Below, in pieces: positions 21,146 through 31,247 of a stretch of DNA of 64,000 nt. The stretch lies in NCBI GenBank assembly GCA_963805625.1, contig CAWDVE010000019.1:160001-224000 (forward strand). The letters run 5' to 3'. A model generated the notes under the pieces. That model made no database searches. It had not been told where the DNA came from and saw only the letters and a program-made list of their open reading frames with translations. Each line of letters begins with the position of its first letter. The stretch's first letter is position 1. Made by a program: the position numbers and the translations under genes. The DNA is from an uncultured Candidatus Rokubacteria bacterium (GTDB lineage: Bacteria; Methylomirabilota; Methylomirabilia; Rokubacteriales; DASRDR01).

Positions 21146-21652
21146 ATGAAGGTGTGTCGAAGGGTGTCGCTGCTGGCGGTTTCGGTTGTCGCGCTGTGGG
21201 CGCTGGCACGCGCGGTGTCCGCGCAGATGCCGGATGCCATTGCCGCGCCGGGGGAGACCGTCGTCGCGACCCTCCATGCGGAGGGGGCGCAGGTCTACGA
21301 GTGCAAGGCCGAGGCGGGCGGCAAGCTCGCGTGGCAGTTCCGCGAGCCGATCGCGACCCTCCTTCTCGACGGCAAGACGGTCGGCCGGCACTACGCGGGG
21401 CCGAGCTGGGAGCACGGCGACGGCAGCGCCGTGATGGGCAAGGTGGCCGCTCGCGCGCCCGGCGCCAGCCCGAAGGACATCCCGTGGCTCAAGCTCGACG
21501 CGACGGAGCGCCGCGGCACCGGGCTGCTGTCGGGCGTGACGACCGTCCAGCGCATCAAGACAGAGGGCGGCGTCGCGGAGGGCGCGTGCGAACGGGCCGG
21601 CGCCTACCTGAGCGTCCCCTACGCCGCGGAGTACGTGTTCCTCCGCAAGTGA
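21146..21652 (+). CDS. DUF3455 family exported protein
   Basis: Signal peptide, AEGAQVYEC, REPIATL, GRHYAGPSW, IPWLKL, QRIKTEGG, VPYAAEYVF. Confidence 0.85.
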   Translation: MKVCRRVSLLAVSVVALWALARAVSAQMPDAIAAPGETVVATLHAEGAQVYECKAEAGGKLAWQFREPIATLLLDGKTVGRHYAGPSWEHGDGSAVMGKVAARAPGASPKDIPWLKLDATERRGTGLLSGVTTVQRIKTEGGVAEGACERAGAYLSVPYAAEYVFLRK

Positions 21653-21676
21653 TCGCCAGCTCGAGGAGGCCGCCTC

Positions 21677-21976
21677 ATGTGTCGAGCCATCAAGGCGCTC
21701 CACAACTTCACGCCGCCCGCCTCCGATGAGGAGATCCGCGCGTCGTCCCTTCAGTTCGTCCGGAAGCTGAGCGGCTTCACGCGGCCCTCCAGGGCGAACG
21801 AGCCCGCGTTCAGCCGGGCGGTGGACCAGGTGGCCCAGGCCGCCCGCGAGCTTCTCGACGCCCTGGTCACGACGGCGCCGCCCCGCGATCGGGACGTCGA
21901 GGCGTCGAAGGCCCGGGCCCGGTCGGCGGACCGGTTCGGCGCGTCCAGGGCGGGCCGCGCTGCGGCCTCGGGGTAG
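21677..21976 (+). CDS. DUF2277 family protein
   Basis: MCRAIKALHNFTPPASDEEIRASSLQFVRKLSGF. Confidence 0.85.
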   Translation: MCRAIKALHNFTPPASDEEIRASSLQFVRKLSGFTRPSRANEPAFSRAVDQVAQAARELLDALVTTAPPRDRDVEASKARARSADRFGASRAGRAAASG

Positions 21977-21997
21977 GGGAGCGGACCGCGGATCTCG

Positions 21998-22747
21998 CTA
22001 CGGCTGCGCGGTGATCTGGCCCGTCTGCGACCGCGAGCGATGTGGCTCCGGGATGCTCTCCGGACGGTTCGTCCAGAACGTCGTGCCCGCGTCGTCGGTC
22101 CATCGATAGATCTTGCTTCGGACTGCCGGGGGGACCGATCCCGTGCGGGGCTCGTCGGGAGATGGCGTCGGCGCGACGGGCGGCGCCGGCGGCGGATTGG
22201 GGATCCACACCCACACGTAGGGCGTTGCCACGCCGTCTCCGCGGAGCTCGTAGCGCCCGGTCGGGTGCTCGACGACGCTCGGCGAGGCAGTGGCCGGGGC
22301 CGCCGCGGCCGGGGCGGGCTGCGGAGACGCGACGGACGGCGACACGTAGACGGTCGGTGATACGTAGATGACCGGCGACACGCTGACGGCCGGAGGCGAC
22401 ATGTCGACCGGCGGCTCGTAGAGCGCCGCCGGCGCGTAGAGGGCCGTCGTGCCCAGGAACCCGGGGAAGGCGTGATGCGGCGCCCGGTGAGAGAGGCGCG
22501 CGGGAGGCACCCGGGCCAGCCGGCTCTCCGGGCTCCCCGGGAGGGGCAAGGGGAATCCGCCGGGCGACCCGAACGCGCCCTGCGGCCGGTATTCGGCTGG
22601 CGCCCGGAATCCGCTGTGCGCAGGGGCGGGCCCGACCGCGTGGCGTGCGCGCCGAGAGTGCGGCCGGCCGCCGGCGAAGGCCGCCGCCGGTAGCAGGGAA
22701 GCCGCAAGAGTCACGCACACCGTGAGGGCAATGAAGTGTCGTCTCAT
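21998..22747 (-). CDS. Pro-rich exported protein with C-terminal DUF4124-like motif
   Basis: Signal peptide, GRYELRGDGVATPYVWVWIP, IYRWTDDAGTTFWTNRPESIP. Confidence 0.65.
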   Translation of the reverse strand: MRRHFIALTVCVTLAASLLPAAAFAGGRPHSRRARHAVGPAPAHSGFRAPAEYRPQGAFGSPGGFPLPLPGSPESRLARVPPARLSHRAPHHAFPGFLGTTALYAPAALYEPPVDMSPPAVSVSPVIYVSPTVYVSPSVASPQPAPAAAAPATASPSVVEHPTGRYELRGDGVATPYVWVWIPNPPPAPPVAPTPSPDEPRTGSVPPAVRSKIYRWTDDAGTTFWTNRPESIPEPHRSRSQTGQITAQP

Positions 22748-22927
22748 CCCGGGTCACGCTCTGAGACAGAGTCTACTCCCCACCGGTGGTGCTGAACAGG
22801 TCAGGCTGCGAAGGTCGGATGCGTCACGGCCTGGGCGCCCCGCCACCGTAGCCCCGCGGGACGCGGGTATTTGGGTTCGGCGTGCCGTGAAACATCCGCG
22901 CACCGGACAGCGCTAAGCTGGGGCCCC

Positions 22928-23626
22928 ATGACGGAAGCCAACATCGCGTTCGTGGCGCGTCTCCTGGCCGATCCGACCCGCGCGGCCATGTGCCTGGCCC
23001 TGGCGGGCGGCGAGGCCAGACCGGCGGGCGAGCTGGCCGCCCGCGCCGGCGTCTCCGCGCAGACGGCCAGCAACCATCTGGCCAAGCTGATCGACGGCCG
23101 CATCCTGCGCGTCGAGCAGCAGGGGCGCTGGCGCTACTACCGCCTGGCCGGCGCCGACGTGGGCCATGCCGTCGAGGCGCTCGCCGTCGTGGCGCCGCCG
23201 CTGCCCGGCCCGGTCGCGGGCGACGCCATGCACGGCGTGGCGCGCCGGCTCAGGGACGCGCGCACCTGCTATAGCCACCTGGCGGGCCGGTTGGGCGTGG
23301 CGCTGGCCGATGCGCTGGTCGCTGAACGGTGGATGGAAGAAGACGGTCGCAGCTACCGGCTGACCCCGACCGGCACGCGCTCGCTGCGCGCACTCGGGAT
23401 CGAGGTGCGCGGTCGTCCGGCGCAGCCCGCGGCGCGGCGGTGCCTGGACTGGACGGAGCGCCGGCCGCACGTTGCCGGCCCGGTGGGCACGGCGCTGGCG
23501 AGCCTCGCCCTCGACCGTGGCTGGGTGCGACGCGTCCGGGGGACGCGAGCGGTCGTCGTCACGCCGGCGGGCCGCGCGCAGCTCAAGAAGGTCTTCAACG
23601 TGCGATGGGAGGAGAGGGCCTCATGA
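22928..23626 (+). CDS. ArsR/SmtB family transcriptional regulator
   Basis: LADPTRAAM, GELA..VSAQTASNHLAKL, ARTCYSHLAG, CLDWTERRPH. Confidence 0.9.
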   Translation: MTEANIAFVARLLADPTRAAMCLALAGGEARPAGELAARAGVSAQTASNHLAKLIDGRILRVEQQGRWRYYRLAGADVGHAVEALAVVAPPLPGPVAGDAMHGVARRLRDARTCYSHLAGRLGVALADALVAERWMEEDGRSYRLTPTGTRSLRALGIEVRGRPAQPAARRCLDWTERRPHVAGPVGTALASLALDRGWVRRVRGTRAVVVTPAGRAQLKKVFNVRWEERAS

Positions 23627-23928
23627 TCACGCTGAGCATTCGCTACACGATCGACGCGCGGAAGCGTCAGGACTTCGAGCGGTACGCACGGGCTCTGGGC
23701 GGCATCATCCCGCGCTGCGGCGGCGAGCTCATCGGCTACTGGTTGCCGACCAAGTTCGCCGGCCCGACCAACTCCGCGCTGGCCTTGATCGACTTCCCGA
23801 GCCTCGCGGCGTACGAGCAGTACCGCGACCGTCTCGCCAAGGACGACGACAACATCGACAGCGTGCAGCGCGCCGACGAGAGCGGCTGCATCCTCGTCGA
23901 GGACCGGGCGTTCCTCGAGCGCGTCTAG
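23623..23928 (+). CDS. NIPSNAP family protein
   Basis: ATGA overlap with the ArsR gene; IRYTID, GYWLP, FPSLAAYEQYR. Confidence 0.85.
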   Translation: MITLSIRYTIDARKRQDFERYARALGGIIPRCGGELIGYWLPTKFAGPTNSALALIDFPSLAAYEQYRDRLAKDDDNIDSVQRADESGCILVEDRAFLERV

Positions 23929-24315
23929 CGCCTCGCCGCGCGGCGTCGGGGCGCGCGCTCGCAGGATTGTTCGCGGGCCCCGGCGCGGGCGGCGGGTGCT
24001 CGCCAGGATCAAGGAGCCGGCAGGCGTCCACCGACGCTCGGGCTGGTGCCAGCCCGGCCGGGAAGAGACTTCATGTCGCCGGGGCGCCTTGACGCTCCGA
24101 GCCGACTGATCGTAGCGTAGGCGGAGTCAGGATCTGAGTCTCGACGACCGGAGACCGTCCTCCAGGACCCCCACGTCAGGGCCCAGGTGAGGCTGATGGC
24201 GAAGTGTCGGCGATCGATCCCTCGACCGCTGGCAGGGTGTCCCGGCGCATCGTGAGGGTATCAGGAACGTGACGCTGCTGCGGCTGGCCGGCACATCGGT
24301 TGCGGGGAGCGTGAC

Positions 24316-27300
24316 GTGACGACACCAGCGGAGGGCTTCACTCTCGAGGACGTCCTCCGGGAGGAGCGCGACTTCCTGAGGGGCCCGGCGGACAAGGACG
24401 CACCTCGCAACACTCAAGACGAGCCGCGCCATCCGGACGAGTTCCTGGGCCTGGCCTTCTCGGGCGGCGGGATCCGCAGCGCCACGTTCAATCTCGGCGT
24501 GCTCCAGGCCCTCTCGGAGCTGAAGCTCCTCAAGGAGTTCGACTACCTCTCCACGGTGTCGGGCGGGGGCTACATCGGGAGCTGGCTCTCGGCCTGGATC
24601 CATCGTGCGGGCATCGACACCGTCGAGCAGCAGCTCAGCATGAAGGATCACCCCCACGAGGAACCGAAGGAGGTGACGTTCCTCCGGAGCTACAGCAACT
24701 ATCTCACCCCGAGGACGGGAATCCTCAGCACGGACACCCTGGCCGCGGTGGTGACGTATCTCCGCAACCTCATCCTCAATCTCTCGATCGTCCTGCTCTG
24801 TCTCACCGTCGCCCTGCTCCTGCCGCGCATGATCGCGTGGGCCGGGCAATTCCTTCAGGCCCAGTCGGATGTCCTGCTCGTGGGCGCCGCGCTGGGGCTC
24901 GGTGTCGCCGTGTTCTTCATCAATCTCAATCTCGCCAGTCAGCTTCCGTACAGCCAGAGCAATCGCGACAAGAGGTCTCTGGGCTCGAGGTGGAAGGCGC
25001 CACGGTACGCCACGCGCACTGCGGTGGTCGCCTGGATCGTGCTCCCCCTGGTGCTCGCGGCTCTGGCCCTGAGCTTCTGGCTGGCCGGTCCCGCACCCCC
25101 GCTGGCGCAGGCATTGCTCGAGACCGATTGGCCCACGCTGCGCCTCGATGCCGAGATCATCGGCGGCATGATCTTCACGATCGGCCTCTTCTGGTTCTGC
25201 GCATTGAGGATAGCGCGCGTGTTGCGAGAGCCGGGCGATCGTCCGACGTGGAGATGGCGATTGGGTGCCCTCCTGATCGGCGTGCTGATCGGTCTGGTCG
25301 GGCTGGTCGCGTTCCAGGAGATCATGTTCGCCAGAACCGACCCGGGGTCTTCTCGCCTGTGGTGGGCGACTGTGTGGGGGCTCCCAGGTCTGCTCGGCGT
25401 GTTCGGGCTGGCCGTCGTGTTCGTGATCGGCGTGAGCGGGCGCCAGTTCGAGGAGGACAGCCGGGAGTGGTGGAGCCGTCTGGGGGGTGTCCTGTTCGGC
25501 GTCGCCGTCGGCTGGCTGGTCGTCGCGGGTCTCGCCGTTCACGCGCCCCCCTGGGTCATGAGGGTGACCCGCCTCGCCCAAGGTCTGAGCGTCGCCTGGC
25601 TCGTGACCACCATCGTCGGCGTGCGCGCCGCCATGAGCGGGTCCACCGGTAAGCCAGGGTCTATCAGCTGGCGCGAGCGGCTCGCGATGATCACGCCCTA
25701 CGTCTTCCTGGCCGGGCTCCTGATTGCCCTCGCCTTCGGCATTCATGCCGCCCTGGCCGCGTGGCACGGCGAGAGCACGTTCACCTTCGAGGGGAACGAC
25801 TACTTCAGCGACATCACGAAGTGGCTCAGCTTGGGGGGCCTCGGGGCGCCGTTCCTGTTCAGCGCGGCCCTCGCCGCGTTCTTCTCCTGGCGGATCGACG
25901 TGAACGTGTTCGCCTTCCACATGTTCTACCGGAACCGGCTGGTCCGGTGCTACCTTGGCGCCAGCAATCCGCAACGGGCGAATCATCCCTTCACCGGCTT
26001 CGACGGAGGCGATTCCGTGCCGATGAAGGATCTTCAGCAGCGCCCCTACCATCTGGTCAACGCGGCGTTGAATATCACCCGCGGGACCCGTTTGGCGTGG
26101 CAGGAGCGAAAGGCCGCGTCCTTTATCGCCAGCCCGATCTTCTGCGGGTACGAGCTGAGGGACGACGACCGCAAGGCCGCCAGGACCTACCAGCGCACGG
26201 AGCATTACCTCGCCGAGGAGAACGAGGCGCGCAAGCGCCGCCGCACGAAGGCCTGGAAGCGGCGGAACCGCTCAGCGAGCGACGAGCCGGATCCCGGGGA
26301 GCTCAAGCTGGGTCTCGGGACCGCGCTGGCCGTGTCCGGAGCCGCGGCAAGTCCCAATCAGGGGTATCACTCCTCGCCCGCGGTCGCGTTCCTGATGACG
26401 GTGTTCAACGTGCGGCTCGGGTGGTGGCTTCAGAATCCCGCTCAGCTTCGGCAGTGGCGACAGATGGGCCCCCGCTGGGGGATCATGTACCTCCTGTCCG
26501 AGCTCTTGGGCATGGCGGACGACTCCTCCAAGTACGTGTATCTCAGCGATGGGGGCCACTTCGAGAATCTCGGCATCTACGAGCTGGTGCGGCGCCGCTG
26601 CCGGTTCATCGTCGCCTGTGATGCGAGCATGGACCCGGGATTCGAGTTCGAGGACCTCGGCAATGCCATTCGCAAGTGCCAGGTCGACCTCGGTGTCTCG
26701 ATCGAGATCGACGCCCAGTCGATCCGACCGGATCTCGCGACGCAGCGGGGCCTGGCTCATTGCGCGGTCGGCACCATTCGCTACGGGCGCGCCGGCGGGC
26801 AGGCGGCCGGCGGCACGCATGCGGCGGACGGCTATCTCCTTTACATCAAGCCCTCCATCACCGGGAGCGAGCCCAGCGACGTCCTGCAGTACCGGGTCGC
26901 TCACGCCGAGTTCCCGCACGAGAGCACGTCCGACCAGTGGTTCGGCGAGTCCCAGTTCGAGAGTTACCGGAAGCTCGGCCATCACATCACGCGTCTGGTG
27001 TTCCGCAGCGCAGGCATCACCGAGCCGCGTGGACGGGCCGCATCCGAGCGCCCCGGACGGGAGCGGATGTTCGTCGCCCTCAAGGAGCGCTGGTATCCAT
27101 CGAGCGCCGCGGTCAAGGCCAGTTTCTCGAGGCACGCCGACCGCCTGAACACGCTCAAGGTGGCGCTGCGCCGGGATGACAGCCTCCGCTTTCTGGACGC
27201 CCAGATCTACCCGGAGTGGGACGAGCTCATGAGGGGGCGGGAGGCCCCTCATCGCTCAGGCCTGTCGCTGCCGCCCTCGGCCAGGGAAGCTCGGGCCGGC

Positions 27301-27972
27301 TTCTACTTCTGCATCAACCTGCTCGAGCTGATGCAGAACGTCTATCTCGACCTGAACCTGGAGGAGGAGCACAACCATCCGGACAACCGGGGGTGGATGA
27401 ACCTCTTCAAGCACTGGTCCTGGGCGACCATGCTCCGGGCCACCTACGCGATCTGCTGTTCGACCTTCGGGGCGCGGTTCCAGACGTTCTGCGCCCGGCG
27501 TCTGGATCTCGTGCCGGGAGAGCCTAGGGTGGTGTCGCGCAGCGTGAACGGGCCGGTGAGCGGAATCCTCGACGAGGCGCACCGGCGGGGGGAACTCAAC
27601 TTTTGGGAGGTCAAGGTCATCGGCGATTGCGAGTCGGCGGGCGTGCCCTTCGACGAGATCCACCTGCTCCGGCTGAGGGTCGAGGATCCCAGCCGGGCCG
27701 CGGCCGATCCCGACGCGGAGGCGGCGCTCGAGTTCACTTTCGGCTTCGCGCTGACCCATCAACGAGAGTTCGTCTACTTCCGCGTGCAGGACCACTTGCG
27801 TCGGATGGGCCTGGCCCGCGACGCTCTCCTGAGACTGTGCAAGCGCCGCTACACGGAGGTGTCGAAGCATGCTCGGGAGGATGCCGATCCGGAGGGATGG
27901 CGACGCTTCCGGGCGCTGTTGACCTCGGCGCTGAGCGAGATCAGCGGCCTCTCGAGCGCCACCCGCGAATAG
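24316..27972 (+). CDS. large membrane-embedded patatin/cPLA2-like phospholipase
   Basis: GLAFSGGGIRSA, DYLSTVSGGGYIG (Ser), YLSDGGHFENLG (Asp), about 10 hydrophobic segments between the motifs; 1218-aa intact ORF. Confidence 0.85.
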   Translation: MTTPAEGFTLEDVLREERDFLRGPADKDAPRNTQDEPRHPDEFLGLAFSGGGIRSATFNLGVLQALSELKLLKEFDYLSTVSGGGYIGSWLSAWIHRAGIDTVEQQLSMKDHPHEEPKEVTFLRSYSNYLTPRTGILSTDTLAAVVTYLRNLILNLSIVLLCLTVALLLPRMIAWAGQFLQAQSDVLLVGAALGLGVAVFFINLNLASQLPYSQSNRDKRSLGSRWKAPRYATRTAVVAWIVLPLVLAALALSFWLAGPAPPLAQALLETDWPTLRLDAEIIGGMIFTIGLFWFCALRIARVLREPGDRPTWRWRLGALLIGVLIGLVGLVAFQEIMFARTDPGSSRLWWATVWGLPGLLGVFGLAVVFVIGVSGRQFEEDSREWWSRLGGVLFGVAVGWLVVAGLAVHAPPWVMRVTRLAQGLSVAWLVTTIVGVRAAMSGSTGKPGSISWRERLAMITPYVFLAGLLIALAFGIHAALAAWHGESTFTFEGNDYFSDITKWLSLGGLGAPFLFSAALAAFFSWRIDVNVFAFHMFYRNRLVRCYLGASNPQRANHPFTGFDGGDSVPMKDLQQRPYHLVNAALNITRGTRLAWQERKAASFIASPIFCGYELRDDDRKAARTYQRTEHYLAEENEARKRRRTKAWKRRNRSASDEPDPGELKLGLGTALAVSGAAASPNQGYHSSPAVAFLMTVFNVRLGWWLQNPAQLRQWRQMGPRWGIMYLLSELLGMADDSSKYVYLSDGGHFENLGIYELVRRRCRFIVACDASMDPGFEFEDLGNAIRKCQVDLGVSIEIDAQSIRPDLATQRGLAHCAVGTIRYGRAGGQAAGGTHAADGYLLYIKPSITGSEPSDVLQYRVAHAEFPHESTSDQWFGESQFESYRKLGHHITRLVFRSAGITEPRGRAASERPGRERMFVALKERWYPSSAAVKASFSRHADRLNTLKVALRRDDSLRFLDAQIYPEWDELMRGREAPHRSGLSLPPSAREARAGFYFCINLLELMQNVYLDLNLEEEHNHPDNRGWMNLFKHWSWATMLRATYAICCSTFGARFQTFCARRLDLVPGEPRVVSRSVNGPVSGILDEAHRRGELNFWEVKVIGDCESAGVPFDEIHLLRLRVEDPSRAAADPDAEAALEFTFGFALTHQREFVYFRVQDHLRRMGLARDALLRLCKRRYTEVSKHAREDADPEGWRRFRALLTSALSEISGLSSATRE

Positions 27973-28285
27973 CGCCCGGGGGCTTGTGTCACGACGCGCC
28001 AGTCGCCTCTGGCGCCCTCCGACGGGATGTTGACGCCAGTGCTGCGCGACGGTAGCCAGCCTGACGCGGACCCGCTCGGAGGACGAGAACCCAGTCAGTG
28101 GCTCCCGCGCAGCATCGGGCCGATCATCGCTCGAGCTCCGCTTGACCACTCCGGCGAGCGGCGAGGGAGGAGGCGCGACCCGCTGTCGCGCCTCCCGTAG
28201 GGCCAGCAGAGTGCCTGCCGACGCTGCACCACCAACGCGGCATCAAATCATCGGCGGCACACGACGATCAGCGGCACACGAGGTC

Positions 28286-28765
28286 CTAGGCCCCGGGCTT
28301 GCCCATGGAGGCCATGGCGGCCGCCCCGCGCTTCCGGATCTCCTCGGGACGCAGGTCCTCCTTGTGGGTGGCCAGCGCCCACTCGTGACCGAAGGGATCG
28401 GCGAGCTTGCCGAATCGGTCGCCCCAGAACATGTCGGTGGGCGGCATGATGGCTTTGGCGCCGGCGTCGACGGCCCGCTTGAAGGCGGCGTCCACGTCCG
28501 GCACATAGAGGAAGAGTGACCCGGTGGTGCCGCCCAGCGTCTGCGGCGAGCGACTTCCCATCTGGGGGAACTCGTCACTGAGCATGACCATGGAGTCGCC
28601 GATCTTGATCTCGGCGTGCATCACGCTCTTGCCGTCGGGGGCGGTCATGCGCTCGCCCTCCCGGGCACCGAACGCCCGCGTGTAGAAGTCAATCGCTTGG
28701 GCGGCACCCTTCACGGTGATGTAGGGAGTGACGGTGCGATACCCGTCTGGAATAGGCTTGGCCAT
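28286..28765 (-). CDS. VOC/glyoxalase family protein (PhnB-like)
   Basis: KPIPDGYRTVTPY, HAEIKIGDS, DMFWGDRFG.LADPFGHEW. Confidence 0.9.
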   Translation of the reverse strand: MAKPIPDGYRTVTPYITVKGAAQAIDFYTRAFGAREGERMTAPDGKSVMHAEIKIGDSMVMLSDEFPQMGSRSPQTLGGTTGSLFLYVPDVDAAFKRAVDAGAKAIMPPTDMFWGDRFGKLADPFGHEWALATHKEDLRPEEIRKRGAAAMASMGKPGA

Positions 28766-28829
28766 GGTAGGCTCCTTTCCTTGGTTGGCGCTTCAGCCTT
28801 GTGCGCCAGCTCGCGACAGTTTGAGAGCG

Positions 28830-29405
28830 GAACGGCACGAAGTCAGGGCCGTTCACCGCCTCGGCGACCCTCAGCAGCCCAGGATGACCGTACAGTCTCA
28901 GGCACGAGTCCATTATCTGCAGATTGCCGAGGAGGAGCTCGACGATGCGATCCGGCGCATCCGCCGCTGGTGTCGGCTCCTGCATCTTGACGGGATGCCG
29001 GCCCTGATACCTGCTGGTTCCCCCGAGCGGATCGCTCAAGGGCCTGGCGAAGCTGAACGAGGGGCGGGCGAGCGCCGACCCAATGGCTGGTCGCCCACGG
29101 GCATCGACCTTTGCCCCGGGCTCGACCGGGGCGCCCGCAACGACACGCTCGACGTCGGCTTTCAGCTCCTCGAGCTCATCCTCGCCGATGGCTCCTTCGA
29201 AGACGTAGAAGCCACAGCGCCAGTAGGCCTCGAGGATGTCCCGATGAACCGAGCCATCAGCCTCGAACCGGATGGCCCCGCGATTGCCGAGCTCGAGCGC
29301 GCGCGCTTCGCCCTCGCGTATGTACTCGCGCATCGCCGAGGCGTGCCGCTCGGCTGAGAGCTCCCGTGTGATCCGTAGCTCTGGCATGTCAACGCCCTCG
29401 GTCAC
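28830..29405 (-). pseudogene. phytanoyl-CoA dioxygenase-family protein, N-terminal half only
   Basis: GEARALELGNRGAIRF, YWRCGFYVFEG, GRHPVKM, LRLYGHP; similarity stops at VNGPDFVPF, before any HxD motif. Confidence 0.6.
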
Positions 29406-29570
29406 TCGGCGCCACGCGGGTGGTTGTGTTGGCGCATGACTCCGCCTTTCTAGCGCGAATCCTGGATCGCCGGCGTCCGTGATGTCAAGGACCGCGCGGT
29501 CGCGCGCCCGCCGGACGAATCCCGTTGGAGCGATTGCGTGAGGCGAAGGCGGCCAGGAACTAGGAGCTCT

Positions 29571-31013
29571 TCACGCGGTCTCCGTTTGCCTCGCAGTCCC
29601 GCCCTCCCGGACAGCCCGCGCCGCGTCCTGGCCGGCGAGCATCCCGTAGCCCAGCGCCGTCAGGAGGCCGTTGCCGGAGAAGTAGCCGCCGGGGCCGTGG
29701 CCGGAGAGGCCGGCCGCGGTGCCGCCGCCGGCGTAGAGGTTCGGCACCGGCGTGCCGTCTCGCCGGAGGACGCGCGCGGCCGCATCCACCACGAGCCCGC
29801 CCTGCGTGTGGAAGAGGGCGCCGGTGACCTTGACGCCGTGGAGCGGCGGCTCCAGCCGGCGGCAGTCGAGCCGGCCGAAGGCGTCGGACCGTCTCCCCTC
29901 GGCAACGGCGTGATACTCGGCGAGCGTCTCGTCGAGGGCCCGCGCGGGGAGCCCGAGCGCGGCGGCCAGCTCCGCGGCGGTCGCCGCGGTGACCACCGCT
30001 CCCGCGTCTAGCGCCTGCCGGTAGTCGTCGAACCCGAGCGCCAGCCGGTGGAGCCGCGCGTCGTACACGTTCCACGCGAGCCCCTCGGGCTGGGTGAGGA
30101 CGCGGAGCGCGTGCTCGGAGTAGCCCGTGGTCTCGTCGCCGAACCGCCGACCGTCGCGGTTGACCTGGATGCCGCCCTCAGTGATGACCGCGTAGGTGAT
30201 GAGGATACCGTGCGGTACGGCGACCGACGCGTGCGCCTGGTAGGCGTCCATGAAGGCGACGGCGCCGCCGAGGGCCTGGCCCCACCGGATAGCCTCCCCC
30301 GTGTTGCCTTCTCCGCCGAAGTAGTACGCGCTGGCTACCTCGGGGCAGTAGCGGGTGAGCATGGCCCGGCTGGCGGCGAAGCCGTTCGCGGCCAGGATCA
30401 CCTGGCGGGCACCCACCCGCTCGATGCGCCCGGCCCGCTCGGCCACGACGCCGCGCGCCGCGCCGCCGCCGTCGGCGATCAGGCCCGTCACCGCGGCGCC
30501 CTCGATCAGCTCGGTGCGCGGGTGCTCCGTCACCGCCCGCCGGAGGTCCGTCCACAGCGCCGCACCGGTCCGGCTGGGCGGCGCGTGCATGCGGAACTCG
30601 GTGTGCGCCGGGTACTTGAAGTCGCCGACGAAGGTGAGGGAGACGCCCACCTCGTCGACCAGCCACTCGACGAGGCCGGCGGCGACCCGACAGAGATGCC
30701 GCGTCGTCTCCGGGTCGGACGCGTGACCGTTCTTCCGGAGGATGTCCTGGGCCATGGCCTCCGGCGTCTCGACGATGCCGGCGGCCCGCTGGAGCCGGCT
30801 GCCCGCGGCCGGGATCATGCCGCCGGAGCGCGCGGTGTTGCACCAGGGCTGGGCCTGCTTCTCGAGGACCAGGACCTCGACGCCGCCCTGGGCGGCGGCG
30901 ATCGCCGCGGTCAGGCCGCAGCCGCCGCCGCCCACCACGACGACGTCGGCCTCGAGGTCGAAGCGCCCGGTGTCTCGGACGAGTCCAGTGTCCTCGCTCA
31001 CGACCGCGGCCAC
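29571..31013 (-). CDS. FAD-binding oxidoreductase (flavocytochrome c/fumarate reductase/KstD-like, FAD_binding_2)
   Basis: VVVGGGGCG, LAANGF, GNTGE, LFHTQGGL, PNLYAGG, SGNGLLTA. Confidence 0.88.
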   Translation of the reverse strand: MAAVVSEDTGLVRDTGRFDLEADVVVVGGGGCGLTAAIAAAQGGVEVLVLEKQAQPWCNTARSGGMIPAAGSRLQRAAGIVETPEAMAQDILRKNGHASDPETTRHLCRVAAGLVEWLVDEVGVSLTFVGDFKYPAHTEFRMHAPPSRTGAALWTDLRRAVTEHPRTELIEGAAVTGLIADGGGAARGVVAERAGRIERVGARQVILAANGFAASRAMLTRYCPEVASAYYFGGEGNTGEAIRWGQALGGAVAFMDAYQAHASVAVPHGILITYAVITEGGIQVNRDGRRFGDETTGYSEHALRVLTQPEGLAWNVYDARLHRLALGFDDYRQALDAGAVVTAATAAELAAALGLPARALDETLAEYHAVAEGRRSDAFGRLDCRRLEPPLHGVKVTGALFHTQGGLVVDAAARVLRRDGTPVPNLYAGGGTAAGLSGHGPGGYFSGNGLLTALGYGMLAGQDAARAVREGGTARQTETA

Positions 31014-31126
31014 CGGTCGTCCGTCCAGAGGTGCTCCATCGCCCGCAGCGCGACGAGCCCGGGCATGAAGAGCGGGAGCCCTCCCGCCGCCTCGCGCATC
31101 GGGTCGGTCAGCGCCATAGTGGTCAC
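30998..31126 (-). pseudogene. 43-codon remnant, probably start plus C-terminus of an Asp/Glu/hydantoin racemase-family gene
   Basis: AAGGAGG RBS and GTG, then TTMALTDPMREAAGGLPLFMPGLVALRAME; stop overlaps the oxidoreductase start. Confidence 0.35.
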
Positions 31127-31247
31127 GTGGCCCTCCTTCGTCCGGGACATTGGACGCGTTCGGTTTCGGGCTGGACCCACCCCACCGGCGGGCCGTGACC
31201 CGGATGAGGAGTCACGCGTCCGGGGCCGCGGGACGAGCCCGCTCTTG

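Noticed and set aside
19556-21703. 715-aa ORF suggesting a long N-terminal extension on the primase-polymerase
   Set aside because: The upstream part is the antisense shadow of the DUF3455 gene; similarity starts at ATG 20938.
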